The position numbers and the translations under genes were made by a program. Positions 61,838-64,000 of a stretch of DNA of 64,000 bases are shown piece after piece; position 1 is the stretch's first letter, and each line of letters starts with the position of its first letter. Source of the stretch: Polymyxa betae A26-41 (taxonomy: Eukaryota; Protista; Endomyxa: Phytomyxea); the NCBI GenBank assembly GCA_003693705.1, contig RBZT01000546.1, positions 1-64,000 on the forward strand, in the 5' to 3' direction. A model generated the notes under the pieces. The model made no database searches and had not been told where the DNA came from. It saw only the letters and a list, made by a program, of their open reading frames with translations.

Positions 61838-62326
61838 CTTCCAGTCGTTAAAGCACTGTAAATTGGCATACAATGATACAACTCCCGTTCATCATTCGAT
61901 AAAGATTGATTGTTTTTCTGATAGATTTGCCCATCTGATAGGAAAGCTTAAAGATTCAAAGGGAGCACAGTCCCATCTCGGGTTGGAGTCGTTGCTAGAA
62001 CGCTGCTATATATGCTGTCCCTGAATGCTCGCCTTATGAACTCTTGGTGGTCACTGAAGACTAACAAGAGGTTGAGCGAAGACAGAATTGACAACGTTTT
62101 ATTTGAAACATTGTTTTTTTGGATGCTCTTCTGGTAGATGTTCTTTCACTATACGAATGACTCTTATGAATTCATGGTTGCTATCTATAATCCCTTTCGG
62201 AGCAAAACCACACATATAAGCCAAACACAAGTAATTTATTACTGCGATTAAAGCAGAAAGTCTTGAGGGCTATTACAGAAGGAAGAAAATTGGCTTGGTT
62301 GACGAGATTTGGTAAAAAAATTTATT

Positions 62327-63243
62327 TTATCTTGTTACAACTGGAACGGCATGATTCGAGTTCAACTTCAGGCTCTTCTCTTTTGTACATTGTATATCGC
62401 TAATATCAGCTTCGGCACGAATCCTTTTCTTACCGATGCTGTCAAATGGCTGCGATTCCGACCTTCTGGATTTCAAGAATTCGGCCACCTTCTTTGAAAT
62501 TCCCAAGTTGGGTTTCAGGGAGTCGGGTTCAATCCCTGTCTGTTTGCAAAACGGACAACCCAAATGCGAATCGGCTAATAGAGCTTGACGAATACACGGT
62601 GAGCAATATGTTGTAAAACAACATGGCGTCACACACGGATTTGTATACAAGTTCCGGCACAGCTTGCACATGAACTTGGGCGGTACGCCCGTAGCGTCAG
62701 TCTGTACAATGGTTGGCAACGACGGCGGCGACCTCATCTCAGGCCTGCAGTTAGATTCCAAGTGCCCTGTTTGTTGACAACGACGACAAGTGATTTCATT
62801 GGGTCGAGACGCAGCTACCGATGGGGTCGCAGACGAACTAACTTTAATCGCATTACGTTGTTCATCGGTTGAAGCCAACGGAGCCAATTGCTTTGCATTT
62901 TTGATAGATTTTACTACATCCGGCGTCTGCTTGATTCGGACACTGCTGCTATGTGTGGCCGGTACACGTCTGACTTCAACCGAGGTGTTCTTCGGGATTA
63001 GATAATTATCATTAGTGTACCCTACGAAACAGTGTTAAACGATATAAAATATATTTCCGAATTTAGCTCACTTTCACGTGTCTGCGCATTTGTGATAATG
63101 AAATCAAAATCGCGATTATTAGGATCGGTTTTTTCCTGGGCGACGATAGCTTTCTTGAGATCGTTTAATGAAATGACGGCAGAATCGAAGGTGATAGTGC
63201 CCCATTTCTTAGAGACAGACTTGAACTTATAGTGGACGCTCAT
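62327..63243 (-). CDS. RBBP6/Mpe1-like (DWNN, zinc knuckle, RING)
   Basis: MSVHYKFKS...TITFD...IS..DLK..I...DFD..ITNAQT|...LIPKNTSVEVRRVP; CRRCQQTGHLESNC; CKLC...TPCC...YC..CI...L...CPFC. The 3' end may extend by splicing. Confidence 0.9.
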
Positions 63244-64000
63244 GATGATCGAAAAATTACTTGACTGTAGATTTCGCAATCAATAATGATCAAGCCGGTG
63301 ACAAGAGATTGGACACCTAAACTAGGCAGGCAAGACAAGGACAGCGCGGGAACCTGTAGAGATCTTGGGGCGCGATCTATTCCAACGGACCGCGGGCAAA
63401 TGTCGCTAGGGTAGCTGGCGATGAAGGACAATGCTAGGACGTCAATGTCGATAGAGAGACAGACGTATATGTATTGATGAGACGACAACAAAGCGAAATG
63501 AAAAAAGTCCGACAGGACCGACTGGTACCAATCAGGTCGATATTACAATTGTCCGATACTGTCTGTATCTTGAGTGGATATGATAGGATCTCATATGACC
63601 CTATGTAATCCTGCATACCAATATCGTGACTCATGCACAAAGCCCACTTGACACGGTCTCGAATATTCTCGAGGTTTATTCAGCTTGCATTGTCGGAGAA
63701 TCTCCCGAATTGAGCTGTTTGGTCAATCACTCATGGTCTGAGTTCATAAAATCGTGTGTTTCGTGACCAGAGATTTCCACGTTGTCAGCTTTCAGAAGTT
63801 ATATTCTGCTGATGAAATTAACAATCGGCAAGTTGGCGTTCAGGGTTTTGATCGCAAAAGCAATCGAAGTGTCTTCTCCTGAACTTGAGTTGTTAACGAT
63901 CTTTAAAACTGCCTGACGGGAGCTCTTTTGAGACGATATTATTGCTGAAATAGACGTCCAGTCTTTGCGCTCCTCAAGTTACTGAAATCCAAAAACTATC

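Noticed and set aside
63300-64000. Possible partial gene at the window end
   Set aside because: Stops in all frames examined and no recognisable motif; it cannot be supported from this window.

Overview
Gene-dense eukaryotic nuclear DNA, not prokaryotic. About 30 mostly housekeeping genes are split by short (typically about 45-60 nt) GT-AG introns and separated by very short intergenic spacers. The standard genetic code is used: TAA, TAG and TGA all serve as stops and eRF1 is canonical. Recognisable genes: MscL, an NT-C2 protein, two dsRBD proteins resembling DGCR8/Pasha, DPH7, FANCD2, a NIPA transporter, SNAPC5-like, USP20/33, lipoate ligase, CCDC57-like, eRF1, IBTK-like, SIN1, the TFIIIC B-block subunit, CSN8, PELP1/Rix1-like, a G-patch/zinc-finger protein, a SPEF2-type CH protein, a TBC RabGAP, a PIAS/SIZ SUMO ligase, a CH+EF-hand protein and RBBP6/Mpe1. 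Centriole and flagellar genes plus the compact layout suggest a flagellate (zoosporic) protist; a plasmodiophorid is my unverified guess. The most unusual region is 17.5-19.5 kb: two inverted, degenerate tRNA-like Pol III cassettes (B-box plus oligo-T) flank a possible small RNA, next to a secreted protein with a duplicated unknown domain and an (MIHEQ)n repeat. Gene models were spliced by eye, family calls come from recalled motifs rather than database searches, and multi-exon coordinates are outer bounds.
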